64,000 nt of DNA from an uncultured Flavobacteriales bacterium (GTDB taxonomy: Bacteria > Bacteroidota > Bacteroidia > Flavobacteriales_D > Parvicellaceae), in NCBI GenBank assembly GCA_943788115.1, contig CALSPA010000016.1, positions 6,001 through 70,000 of the forward strand, read 5' to 3'. The translations under genes and the position numbers were made by a program. The notes below the pieces were generated by a model, which searched no databases, was not told where the DNA came from, and saw nothing but the letters and a program-made list of their open reading frames with translations. Shown in pieces: positions 57,077 to 64,000 of this stretch (the first letter of the stretch is position 1; every line of letters begins with the position of its first letter).

Positions 57077-58225
57077 TTAAAAATTAAACTCTGTTTGTAA
57101 TCTAAATAAAACTACATTATCCTTAGTTTCTTCTTGAGATAAACTAACGTCTCCTTGGACCTTTAGGTTATGACCAACTACGTATCTAGAAAAACCTAGA
57201 GTATACTGGTTTATATTGTTATTAAGGGTGATTGCTTCTGGCGTTACTTGAGTAAATCTACCAGCTACCTCCCAGTTATTCTTCATTAAATAACCCATTT
57301 GAAGATTAATAGCCGAACCTGTATAGTAACTTTCATTTACATCAATAATTTCACCATTTAAGTTATACAATGCATCAACAACAGCAGAACCAGTTGTTGA
57401 TCTTCTAGTAACATACTCTCCAAAGAATGAAAAGCCTTTAATTTTGAAATGCGCATCTACAAAAACAGTTTCTAAATCTCTCAAATCACCTTGTATATAA
57501 TCTCCTTTTTGCCCTCTACTACGCATGGCATTTTGATTGTAATCGTATGTCGCACTTAACATTAACTTGGGCGATTTTTCACGTTTCAAATCCGAAGCAA
57601 AATAATCTCCCTTTTTAGTGAATTTCCCAAAGGGTAATAGCTCTATTCTACCTGTATATCCATGTCCAGAAGATGAAGCAGTTTGATTTAAACCCTCTCC
57701 CTGAGAAATGGCAAAAATTTCTCTAACTAAAAAATTTTCTCCAATTGTAAAATGATGTCTTAATTGAGCGCCAGCATCACGATCTAAAGTAAATCTAGAA
57801 TTTAATAAAGAACGGTCAACCAATTGTAATTTTTGAGAAGAAAACACACGTTCAATGTTTCCAGGTAATTTGGTTTGTCCAAACCATACTGTCCAATTAC
57901 CAGCAAAATTCCATTTAATAACAGCATCTAAAACAAAACCGTTATGTACATCATATTCAAATTTATATTTCAATCTAGGACTAAAAGCAAAACCACTTCC
58001 TTTAATCCTTGCTCTTCTTACAAATGCTTTATCTGAGAATGTAGTATCAGAAAAATCATATGTTCCTTCATACCTTGTTTGAAACCTAAAAGCTACTTTA
58101 GTCGCCCAAGAAGAATCTTTAGACATTACATTTATTAATCCTTTTCCAAAACGATTATTTGTTATATCCTGTGAAAACACATTTGCTATAAAGCAGATAA
58201 AAAATAGAGTTATTAGCTTTTTCAT
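57077..58225 (-). CDS. phosphate-selective porin O/P family protein
   Basis: Signal peptide, FVRRARIKGSG, LDAVIKWNF, WFGQTKLPGNIERV and a terminal aromatic ...EFNF, typical of the Porin_O_P pattern. Confidence 0.7.
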   Translation of the reverse strand: MKKLITLFFICFIANVFSQDITNNRFGKGLINVMSKDSSWATKVAFRFQTRYEGTYDFSDTTFSDKAFVRRARIKGSGFAFSPRLKYKFEYDVHNGFVLDAVIKWNFAGNWTVWFGQTKLPGNIERVFSSQKLQLVDRSLLNSRFTLDRDAGAQLRHHFTIGENFLVREIFAISQGEGLNQTASSSGHGYTGRIELLPFGKFTKKGDYFASDLKREKSPKLMLSATYDYNQNAMRSRGQKGDYIQGDLRDLETVFVDAHFKIKGFSFFGEYVTRRSTTGSAVVDALYNLNGEIIDVNESYYTGSAINLQMGYLMKNNWEVAGRFTQVTPEAITLNNNINQYTLGFSRYVVGHNLKVQGDVSLSQEETKDNVVLFRLQTEFNF

Positions 58226-58271
58226 TACTTGTATTTTTAGTTAAATTTTAAGCAAAGGAGCTAATAAAATT

Positions 58272-58316
58272 TCAATATTAACATACCATAGTTCTAATCT
58301 TAACAATTAATTAATA
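58272..58316. promoter_or_regulatory. TCAATATTAAC element plus phased TTAACA/TTAATA hexamers
   Basis: TCAATATTAAC at 58272-58282. TTAACA at 58278, TTAACA at 58300 and TTAATA at 58311 give spacings of 22 and 11 nt. The region lies 47-90 nt upstream of the porin start. Confidence 0.35.
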
Positions 58317-58400
58317 TTAAATCAAAATTGTCTTCATTAATAGTGTTGATAACTATATAAAATGATGTAATCAACTGTAAAACAACTACTTGACCAATCT

Positions 58401-58423
58401 TCAATGTTAACTCAATATTAACT
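58401..58423 (+). promoter_or_regulatory. tandem 11-nt direct repeat TCAATGTTAAC-TCAATATTAAC (Pho-box-like architecture)
   Basis: Two abutting 11-mers differ at one position. The second is identical to the 11-mer at 58272-58282. They lie ~36 nt upstream of a TAGATTTG -7-like box. Confidence 0.4.
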
Positions 58424-58459
58424 TTTTATCCTTACAATAAAATCTATCAAATTCATAAT

Positions 58460-58467
58460 TAGATTTG
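58460..58467 (+). promoter_or_regulatory. candidate -7 box TAGATTTG for the Na/Pi cotransporter gene
   Basis: Matches TAnnTTTG and lies 30 nt upstream of the ATG at 58497. No TTTG -33 element was seen at the expected distance. Confidence 0.35.
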
Positions 58468-58496
58468 CGCAAACAAATTATTATAAAAAATAAACC

Positions 58497-60650
58497 ATGC
58501 GTAATTTAATTCTAACCATTACCCTGTTTTTAAGTATCAACACAATTTTTGCTCAAGATTCAATTTTCACAGATACTACAGTAAATGATATTGTAAGTTC
58601 TTCGAGTTCAATTGTCTTAGATGAATCTACTTTTAATAACCTATCTGCAAGCTCTAAAAGTGAAGGGTTTAAGCTTACATGGAGTGTAGATTACAATTCA
58701 TACAATGAAATTTCTGACAAAAAATTCATTGTTAAATACAACACTAAAATTGGTTCTAAAAGAAACAAGAAGGGCTTCGAAGGAAGTGATTGGAAATATT
58801 CAGAAGTTTTCAATACTGACAAAACAAGTTTTGAAATAAAAGATCTTCTTGGTGGAGAAAAATATGAAGCCTATTTGGGAATCATCAATAATGGTGATGC
58901 AAACAACATTGAAAATGCAGATATTATATGGTCCAAAAAAGTTAAAATCAAAACTGAAAGAGGTTGGGGATTAATGAAATTTTTAATACTCATTGGTTCT
59001 TTAGGATTGTTTATTTTCGGAATGAAAATTATGAGTGATGGACTTCAACGAACAGCTGGAGAGAAACTTAGAAAAATGCTTGGCTCAATAACTTCAAATA
59101 GATTTAAAGGTGTTTTTACTGGTTTTATGTCTACATCTATTGTGCAATCATCATCTGTAACAACTGTAATGACTGTAAGTCTAGTTAATGCCGGTCTAAT
59201 TAACCTTAGGCAGTCTGCTGGAGTAATGATGGGAGCTAATATAGGAACTACAATTACAGCATGGTTAGTTTTATTATTAGGTTTCAAAGTAAGTATTTCA
59301 TCTTATGCATTGGTTCTTATTGCTTTAGGAGCACCATTATTGTTTATGACTTTTAGGAGATCTAAAGACTTAGCTAATTCTATTATTGGTTTTGCCATTC
59401 TTTTTATTGGTTTACAATTCCTTAAAGATGCAGTTCCAAACTTAGATAAGGATTCAGCTTTAGTGCAATTTTTTGTAGACTACAAAGACATTCCATTTTT
59501 AAGCAACCTAATGTTTGTAGCATTAGGAGCACTTGTAACAATAGTTATTCAATCATCAAGTGCAGCAATGGCTTTAACTCTTACGATGGTTTCCAAAGGA
59601 ATTATTCCATTTGAAGTTGCCTGCGCAATGGTTCTTGGAGAAAATATAGGTACTACTATAACTGCCGAAATAGCTTCAATGATAGGAAATGTTCATGCTA
59701 AAAGATCTGCAAGAATTCACTCACTATTTAATATTGTTGGAGTCACATGGATGCTTATAGTTATTCCTTTTTTCCTTGACGGAATTGGATTCTTAGTGGG
59801 CGAGTCTCATGGAATTGCTTTTGACCCAAATAATACAGGGATGGCAAACGAAGGAATAGCACTATTCCATACCTTATTCAATGCTGCAAATGTTCTATTA
59901 CTAATAGGTTTTGTTCCATCTCTAGTTAGAATAGCTGAAAGAACAGTTAAATCTAAAGGAGATGCAGATGAAGAGTTTAAGCTAGACTACATTAGTGCTG
60001 GAGGAATTGCATTACCAGAAGTAGCAATTTTAGAAGCTAAAAAAGAAGTAGCGAAATTTGGAGAGGTAACTACAAGAATGAATGGTTTTGTTAAAACATT
60101 AATTAATGATCAAGATAAAAAGACTAGAAATAAAATGTTTAATAAGATTAAAAAATATGAGGAAATTACTGATAGAGTTGAAGTTGAAGTAGCTAACTAC
60201 CTTGACAAAGTTTCAACACAAGAAATTAGTCCAGAAGCCTCATCACAAATTAGAAGCATGCTTAGCATTACCAATGATTTAGAAAGAATTGGAGATATCT
60301 ACTATCAAATGTCTAAGACAATTGAAAGAAAAGACGACAATAAAATATATTTCCTTCCTGAACAAAGAGATAATCTTAATTCTATATTAGATAAGGTTGA
60401 AAAAGCATTTACTGTAATGAATACCAATCTAAATGCAGAATATGGGCATATTATTATTGATGATGCTAAAAAAGTTGAACTTGAAATTAATCGTAAAAGA
60501 AACGATCTAAGAAAGTCCTACTTAGAGCAAGCTGAAAAAGGTGAATTCAAATTTCAACCTGGAATAATGTACAACGATTTATTTTCTTCTTGTGAAAAAA
60601 TTGGTGATCACATTATTAATGTTTCTGAAGCTGTATCCGGAGAAATTTAA
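58497..60650 (+). CDS. Na/Pi cotransporter (NptA-type) with PhoU-like C-terminus and a ~160-aa N-terminal extension
   Basis: FIFGMKIMSDGLQRTAGEKLRKML, VQSSSVTTVMTV and IQSSSAAMALTL repeats, with a helical PhoU-like tail. A canonical-looking start (MKFLILIGSLG) lies in frame at 58974. Confidence 0.85.
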   Translation: MRNLILTITLFLSINTIFAQDSIFTDTTVNDIVSSSSSIVLDESTFNNLSASSKSEGFKLTWSVDYNSYNEISDKKFIVKYNTKIGSKRNKKGFEGSDWKYSEVFNTDKTSFEIKDLLGGEKYEAYLGIINNGDANNIENADIIWSKKVKIKTERGWGLMKFLILIGSLGLFIFGMKIMSDGLQRTAGEKLRKMLGSITSNRFKGVFTGFMSTSIVQSSSVTTVMTVSLVNAGLINLRQSAGVMMGANIGTTITAWLVLLLGFKVSISSYALVLIALGAPLLFMTFRRSKDLANSIIGFAILFIGLQFLKDAVPNLDKDSALVQFFVDYKDIPFLSNLMFVALGALVTIVIQSSSAAMALTLTMVSKGIIPFEVACAMVLGENIGTTITAEIASMIGNVHAKRSARIHSLFNIVGVTWMLIVIPFFLDGIGFLVGESHGIAFDPNNTGMANEGIALFHTLFNAANVLLLIGFVPSLVRIAERTVKSKGDADEEFKLDYISAGGIALPEVAILEAKKEVAKFGEVTTRMNGFVKTLINDQDKKTRNKMFNKIKKYEEITDRVEVEVANYLDKVSTQEISPEASSQIRSMLSITNDLERIGDIYYQMSKTIERKDDNKIYFLPEQRDNLNSILDKVEKAFTVMNTNLNAEYGHIIIDDAKKVELEINRKRNDLRKSYLEQAEKGEFKFQPGIMYNDLFSSCEKIGDHIINVSEAVSGEI

Positions 60651-60655
60651 AGACT

Positions 60656-61126
60656 ATGAAACTATCAGAATTTAAAAATATAATCTCATCAACTGAAACA
60701 ATACGATTTCAACTAGAGAATAAAGAAACTATTCCAGAACATTTTCATATTACTGAAATGGGAATTGTTTCAAAAGAATTTATAGACTGTGGGGGAACCT
60801 TAAGAAATGAAAAAGTTATAAATTTTCAACTTTGGTATGCTAATGATTTTGATCATAGACTATCTACACAAAAAGTAATTGATATTATTTATATAGCTGA
60901 AAAAAAATTACCAATTGAAGATTTAGAAATAGAAGTAGAATACCAAAAATCCACAATAGGTAAATATAGTTTAGAATTTAATGGAAATTATTTTGTTTTA
61001 AAATCGAAATCTACCGCTTGTTTAGATGAAGATAAATGTGGAATACCTAATGAAAAATTAAATGTTTCTTTATCTAATTTAAATAACAATTCACCTTCTT
61101 GCTCTCGAGAAAGTGGGTGTTGCTAA
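60656..61126 (+). CDS. DUF6428-like small protein with a Cys-rich tail
   Basis: MKLSEFKNIISS...IPEHFHITEMG resembles DUF6428 proteins that I recall from arsenic-resistance loci. The C-terminus is SCSRESGCC. Confidence 0.4.
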   Translation: MKLSEFKNIISSTETIRFQLENKETIPEHFHITEMGIVSKEFIDCGGTLRNEKVINFQLWYANDFDHRLSTQKVIDIIYIAEKKLPIEDLEIEVEYQKSTIGKYSLEFNGNYFVLKSKSTACLDEDKCGIPNEKLNVSLSNLNNNSPSCSRESGCC

Positions 61127-61179
61127 TTTAGAGAGAATTCTCAATTAAAATAAATTAACATCTCTATAAATCCAATATA

Positions 61180-62292
61180 ATGTTAGAAATAATTTCTGTT
61201 TTCTTCAAACTAGGATGTATTGCTTTTGGAGGACCTGCAGCTCATATTGCAATGATGGAAAAAGAAATCATTGAAAAAAGAAAATGGATGTCTCATGAAG
61301 ACTTCCTGGATTTAATTGGGATTACAAATATTATTCCAGGACCTAATTCTACTCAAATGACTATGCAATGTGGTTATGTTAGAGGTGGAAATATAGGTCT
61401 TATTCTAGCGGGAGTTTCTTTTATATTACCTGCAGTTTTAATCACATTATTATTTGCTATTGTTTTTGTTGAGTATGGAAGTATTCCAAGTATTGAGCCA
61501 ATATTCTCAGGTATTAAACCTGCTGTAATTGGCATCATACTTATGGCCACAATAAAACTATCAAAAAAAGGATTCAAAAACACTACGCTTATTATTTCAG
61601 GATTATTAGTTGCAGCATTATCTATTTATGGAATAAATGAATTTATTTTAATTATTGGAATGGCTGTTACAGGGTTTATTATTCATGTTTTAAAAAACAA
61701 CAAAAACAAAATTAATTCCATTTTTCCTGCGTTGCTTTTATTTGCCAAGCCAACTACGTTAAGTATCTCAAGTGCATCCATTTTTTGGGCTTTTGTTAAA
61801 ATAGCCGTTATCCTTTATGGAAGTGGTTACGTGTTAATTGCATATGTAGATTCAGAACTAGTAGAAAGATTGGCATGGTTAACAAAAGAAGAACTACTAG
61901 ATGCTATAGCTGTAGGTCAATTTACACCTGGACCTGTATTAACAACAGCGACTTTCATTGGTTATCAATTACAAGGTCTAAGTGGAGCATTGTTTGCAAG
62001 TATTGGAATGTTTTTGCCTTCATTTATTTTTGTAGCTATTTTGGTTAGAATTATACCTTTCATAAAAAAATCTAAGGTGTTAAACTACATTTTAGGGTTT
62101 ATAAATGCTGGAGCTGTAGGAATAATGATTGCCGTTACTTTAAAATTATCTTATAATTTTATCTTAGAATGGAAGTACTGTACAATAATGATATTAAGTA
62201 TTGTAGTTGCTTATTTCTTTAAAAAAGTAAGTAGTGTTTGGATAGTAATTGGAGGAGCTGCAATAGGATATATTTTACATATTCTAGTTTAG
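61180..62292 (+). CDS. chrA: chromate transporter (CHR family)
   Basis: FFKLGCIAFGGPAAHIAMME, and a duplicated half containing GSGYVLIAY...GQFTPGP. Confidence 0.9.
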   Translation: MLEIISVFFKLGCIAFGGPAAHIAMMEKEIIEKRKWMSHEDFLDLIGITNIIPGPNSTQMTMQCGYVRGGNIGLILAGVSFILPAVLITLLFAIVFVEYGSIPSIEPIFSGIKPAVIGIILMATIKLSKKGFKNTTLIISGLLVAALSIYGINEFILIIGMAVTGFIIHVLKNNKNKINSIFPALLLFAKPTTLSISSASIFWAFVKIAVILYGSGYVLIAYVDSELVERLAWLTKEELLDAIAVGQFTPGPVLTTATFIGYQLQGLSGALFASIGMFLPSFIFVAILVRIIPFIKKSKVLNYILGFINAGAVGIMIAVTLKLSYNFILEWKYCTIMILSIVVAYFFKKVSSVWIVIGGAAIGYILHILV

Positions 62293-62450
62293 AAGTTTAA
62301 ATGATTGGAATATTTCTTTCAATTACTTTTAAATACAGCTAAAAACTTAAATCAAGAAAAAAGGATAAAAGTTTTTATTCTTAAATAAAATATTCGATAT
62401 TCGCAGCCGAATTAACTAACCGGGTTTAGGACCCTTATAAAACTATTAAT

Positions 62451-63140
62451 ATGGCAACAAAAATTAGACTTGCAAGACACGGTAAAAAAGGAAAACCGTT
62501 TTATCACATAGTAGCAGCAGATGCTAGAGCACCAAGAGATGGAAGATACATTGAACGCATCGGAAGCTACAACCCTAACACGAATCCCGCATTTATAGAT
62601 ATCAACTTTGAAAGAGCTCTTGATTGGGTTATGAAAGGTGCACAACCTACAGACACTGTTAAAGCAATGCTTTCTTACAGAGGTGTTATGTACAAAAAGC
62701 ACTTGTTAAATGGTGTAAAAAAAGGTGCATTAACTAACGAACAAGTTGAGGAAAGATTCAATGCTTGGTTAGAAGAAAAAGAAAATAAAATTCAAGGTAA
62801 AAAAGATCAGCTAACTGCAGATGCTAAAACTGCTGCTGACAAATCATTAGCACTTGAAAAAGAGAAGAATGAAGCTAGAGCAAAAGAATTAGCAGATGCT
62901 GCTGCAGCACTAATTGCTGAAGAAACTGCTGCTGAAGTAAAAGCTGAAGAGCCTGCTGCTGAAGTAAAAGCTGAAGAGCCTGCTGCTGAAGTAAAAGCTG
63001 AAGAACCTGCTGCTGAAGTAAAAGCTGAAGAACCTGCTGCTGAAGTAAAAGCTGAAGAACCTGCTGCTGAAGTAAAAGCTGAAGAGCCTGCTGCTGAAGT
63101 AAAAGCTGAAGAAGGTGACTCGACTGAGAAAAAAGCTTAA
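62451..63140 (+). CDS. rpsP: 30S ribosomal protein S16 with a long Ala/Glu/Lys C-terminal extension
   Basis: [42 protein letters not shown] is canonical S16. The extension of ~140 aa follows it. Confidence 0.95.
   Translation: MATKIRLARHGKKGKPFYHIVAADARAPRDGRYIERIGSYNPNTNPAFIDINFERALDWVMKGAQPTDTVKAMLSYRGVMYKKHLLNGVKKGALTNEQVEERFNAWLEEKENKIQGKKDQLTADAKTAADKSLALEKEKNEARAKELADAAAALIAEETAAEVKAEEPAAEVKAEEPAAEVKAEEPAAEVKAEEPAAEVKAEEPAAEVKAEEPAAEVKAEEGDSTEKKA
62928..63116 (+). repeat. 7 x 27-nt in-frame tandem repeat (AAEVKAEEP)
   Basis: The unit is gctgctgaagtaaaagctgaagaRcct. Units differ only at the gag/gaa wobble position and at the last codon of unit 7. Confidence 0.95.
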
Positions 63141-63165
63141 TAAAGTAAAATCATTAACAAATTAT

Positions 63166-63190
63166 AAGGGCCTATATTGGCCCTTTTTTT
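63166..63190 (+). terminator. rho-independent terminator/attenuator between rpsP and rimM
   Basis: AAGGGCC, loop tatatt, GGCCCTT, followed by a T-run. Confidence 0.7.
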
Positions 63191-63200
63191 ATATTTGAAA

Positions 63201-63737
63201 ATGTCGTTAGATAATTTTTTTCAGCTTGGAACAATTTCAAAAGCGTATAGCTTTAAAGGCGAGGTTATTCTTTATATTGATGCTGATGAACCCAAACATT
63301 ACTTTAAAATAAAAGAATTGTTTATTCAGATTAATGGTAGACTGATACCCTATCTAATTCAAAAATCAGCTGTTCACAAAAAGAATCAACTTAAATTAAA
63401 AATAGAAGGGATTGAGTCTGAACAAGATGCAAATCAAATAATAAAAAAAGATGTTTTTCTCCCATTAGAAAAACTTCCCAAACTAAACGATAATCAATTT
63501 TATTTTCATGAAATAATAGATTACAAAGTTATTGACACAGTAGAAGACAAAGAAGTTGGAATTATCGTAAATGTAATAGATCATCCAGGAAACACATTAA
63601 TAGAAGTTGAACAAAATGGAATCGAAATTATACTTCCAATTAATGATAGAACATTTCAAAAAATAGACAAAGAAACCAAGCAACTTTTTTTAGATATCCC
63701 AGAAGGATTAATAGACATTTATTTAGAAAATGAGTAA
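63201..63737 (+). CDS. rimM: 16S rRNA processing protein RimM
   Basis: [14 protein letters not shown] and [13 protein letters not shown] motifs, in conserved rpsP-rimM order. ATG at 63201 is preferred because the TTG at 63177 lies inside the terminator hairpin. Confidence 0.9.
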   Translation: MSLDNFFQLGTISKAYSFKGEVILYIDADEPKHYFKIKELFIQINGRLIPYLIQKSAVHKKNQLKLKIEGIESEQDANQIIKKDVFLPLEKLPKLNDNQFYFHEIIDYKVIDTVEDKEVGIIVNVIDHPGNTLIEVEQNGIEIILPINDRTFQKIDKETKQLFLDIPEGLIDIYLENE

Positions 63738-64000
63738 TAAATATTCATGTTTCAAATTCAAAAAGTTCAGCATTCAACAAACTAATGCCGCAATGAAAAT
63801 TGGCACAGATGGCATTCTTCTTGGTGCATGGGCCGATGTTGAAGAATCAAAAATATTACTTGACATAGGAACAGGAACTGGAGTCATTGCATTAATGCAA
63901 GCACAAAAAAACAACCAAACAATAATAGATGCTGTAGAAATCGATACAAATGCCTGTATTGATGCTAAATTTAATTTCGAAAAATCACCATGGGGCAATA
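63730..64000 (+). CDS. tRNA (adenine-N6)-methyltransferase-like SAM-dependent methyltransferase (TrmN6/YfiC type), 3' end outside window
   Basis: Translation gives [55 protein letters not shown]..., with the MKIGTDG and DIGTGTG motifs. It overlaps the rimM stop by 8 nt. Confidence 0.7.
   Translation, partial: MSNKYSCFKFKKFSIQQTNAAMKIGTDGILLGAWADVEESKILLDIGTGTGVIALMQAQKNNQTIIDAVEIDTNACIDAKFNFEKSPWGN

Noticed and set aside
62412-62702. 96-aa minus-strand ORF
   Set aside because: It is antisense to rpsP, whose S16 identity is unambiguous.
62928-63116. Possible CRISPR-like array because of regular 27-nt repeats
   Set aside because: The units are directly abutting with no spacers, they are in frame within rpsP, and no cas genes are present. 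It is a coding tandem repeat.
63774-63998. 74-aa minus-strand ORF from the ORF track
   Set aside because: The plus strand here encodes a clear SAM-methyltransferase N-terminus ([26 protein letters not shown]) starting at 63730, so the minus-strand ORF is its mirror.

Overview
This is an AT-rich chromosomal segment that reads as Bacteroidota, Flavobacteriia-like. The lineage markers are a T9SS C-terminal sorting domain, TonB-dependent receptors with CarboxypepD_reg N-termini, TAnnTTTG-type -7 promoter boxes and a long-tailed ribosomal protein S16. Coding is dense, at roughly 60 genes. There is one tRNA-Asp(GTC). I found no rRNA, no CRISPR array, and no transposase, integrase or phage genes.

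Blocks in order:
1. 1-11.7 kb: a co-directional minus-strand string. It holds a frameshifted TPR gene, a frameshifted TPR/PD40/OmpA gene, a DAACS symporter, an MscS-like membrane protein, and a 1671-aa ORF that fuses an SLC12-type cation-chloride cotransporter to a long helical region and a P-loop ATPase.
2. 11.7-17.2 kb: a CoA-transferase, two hypothetical genes and bioB-bioF-bioD.
3. 17.2-27.9 kb: DUF4159, a CotH kinase with a T9SS tail, an L,D-transpeptidase, tRNA-Asp, DUF58, PIN-PhoH, an M23 peptidase, zapA, and an rny gene broken by a +1 frameshift.
4. 27.9-41.6 kb: a strand-mosaic surface-polysaccharide locus with a sulfotransferase, two Wzx-type flippases and two Wzy/O-antigen-ligase-like proteins.
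5. 41.7-44.0 kb: an ECF sigma factor with a coupled 573-aa membrane protein.
6. 47.5-53.8 kb: two near-identical 0.93-kb direct repeats (NUDIX 3' end plus most of an OmpR-type response regulator) that bracket a lipoprotein/TonB-receptor cassette.
7. 53.8-57.0 kb: a Fur-family regulator, a Cys/His-rich mini-lipoprotein and a His-rich TonB receptor, preceded by a perfect 17-bp inverted repeat.
8. 57.1-62.3 kb: an oxyanion block (porin O/P, Na/Pi cotransporter, DUF6428-like, ChrA) with phased TCAATRTTAAC repeats in the divergent promoter region.
9. 62.4-64.0 kb: rpsP (7 x 27-nt in-frame tandem repeat), rimM and a tRNA methyltransferase.

The best candidates for something not previously described are the transporter-ATPase fusion with its translationally coupled MscS-like partner, and the repeat-bracketed regulator/receptor cassette.

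All family calls come from motif recognition by eye. No database search was run.
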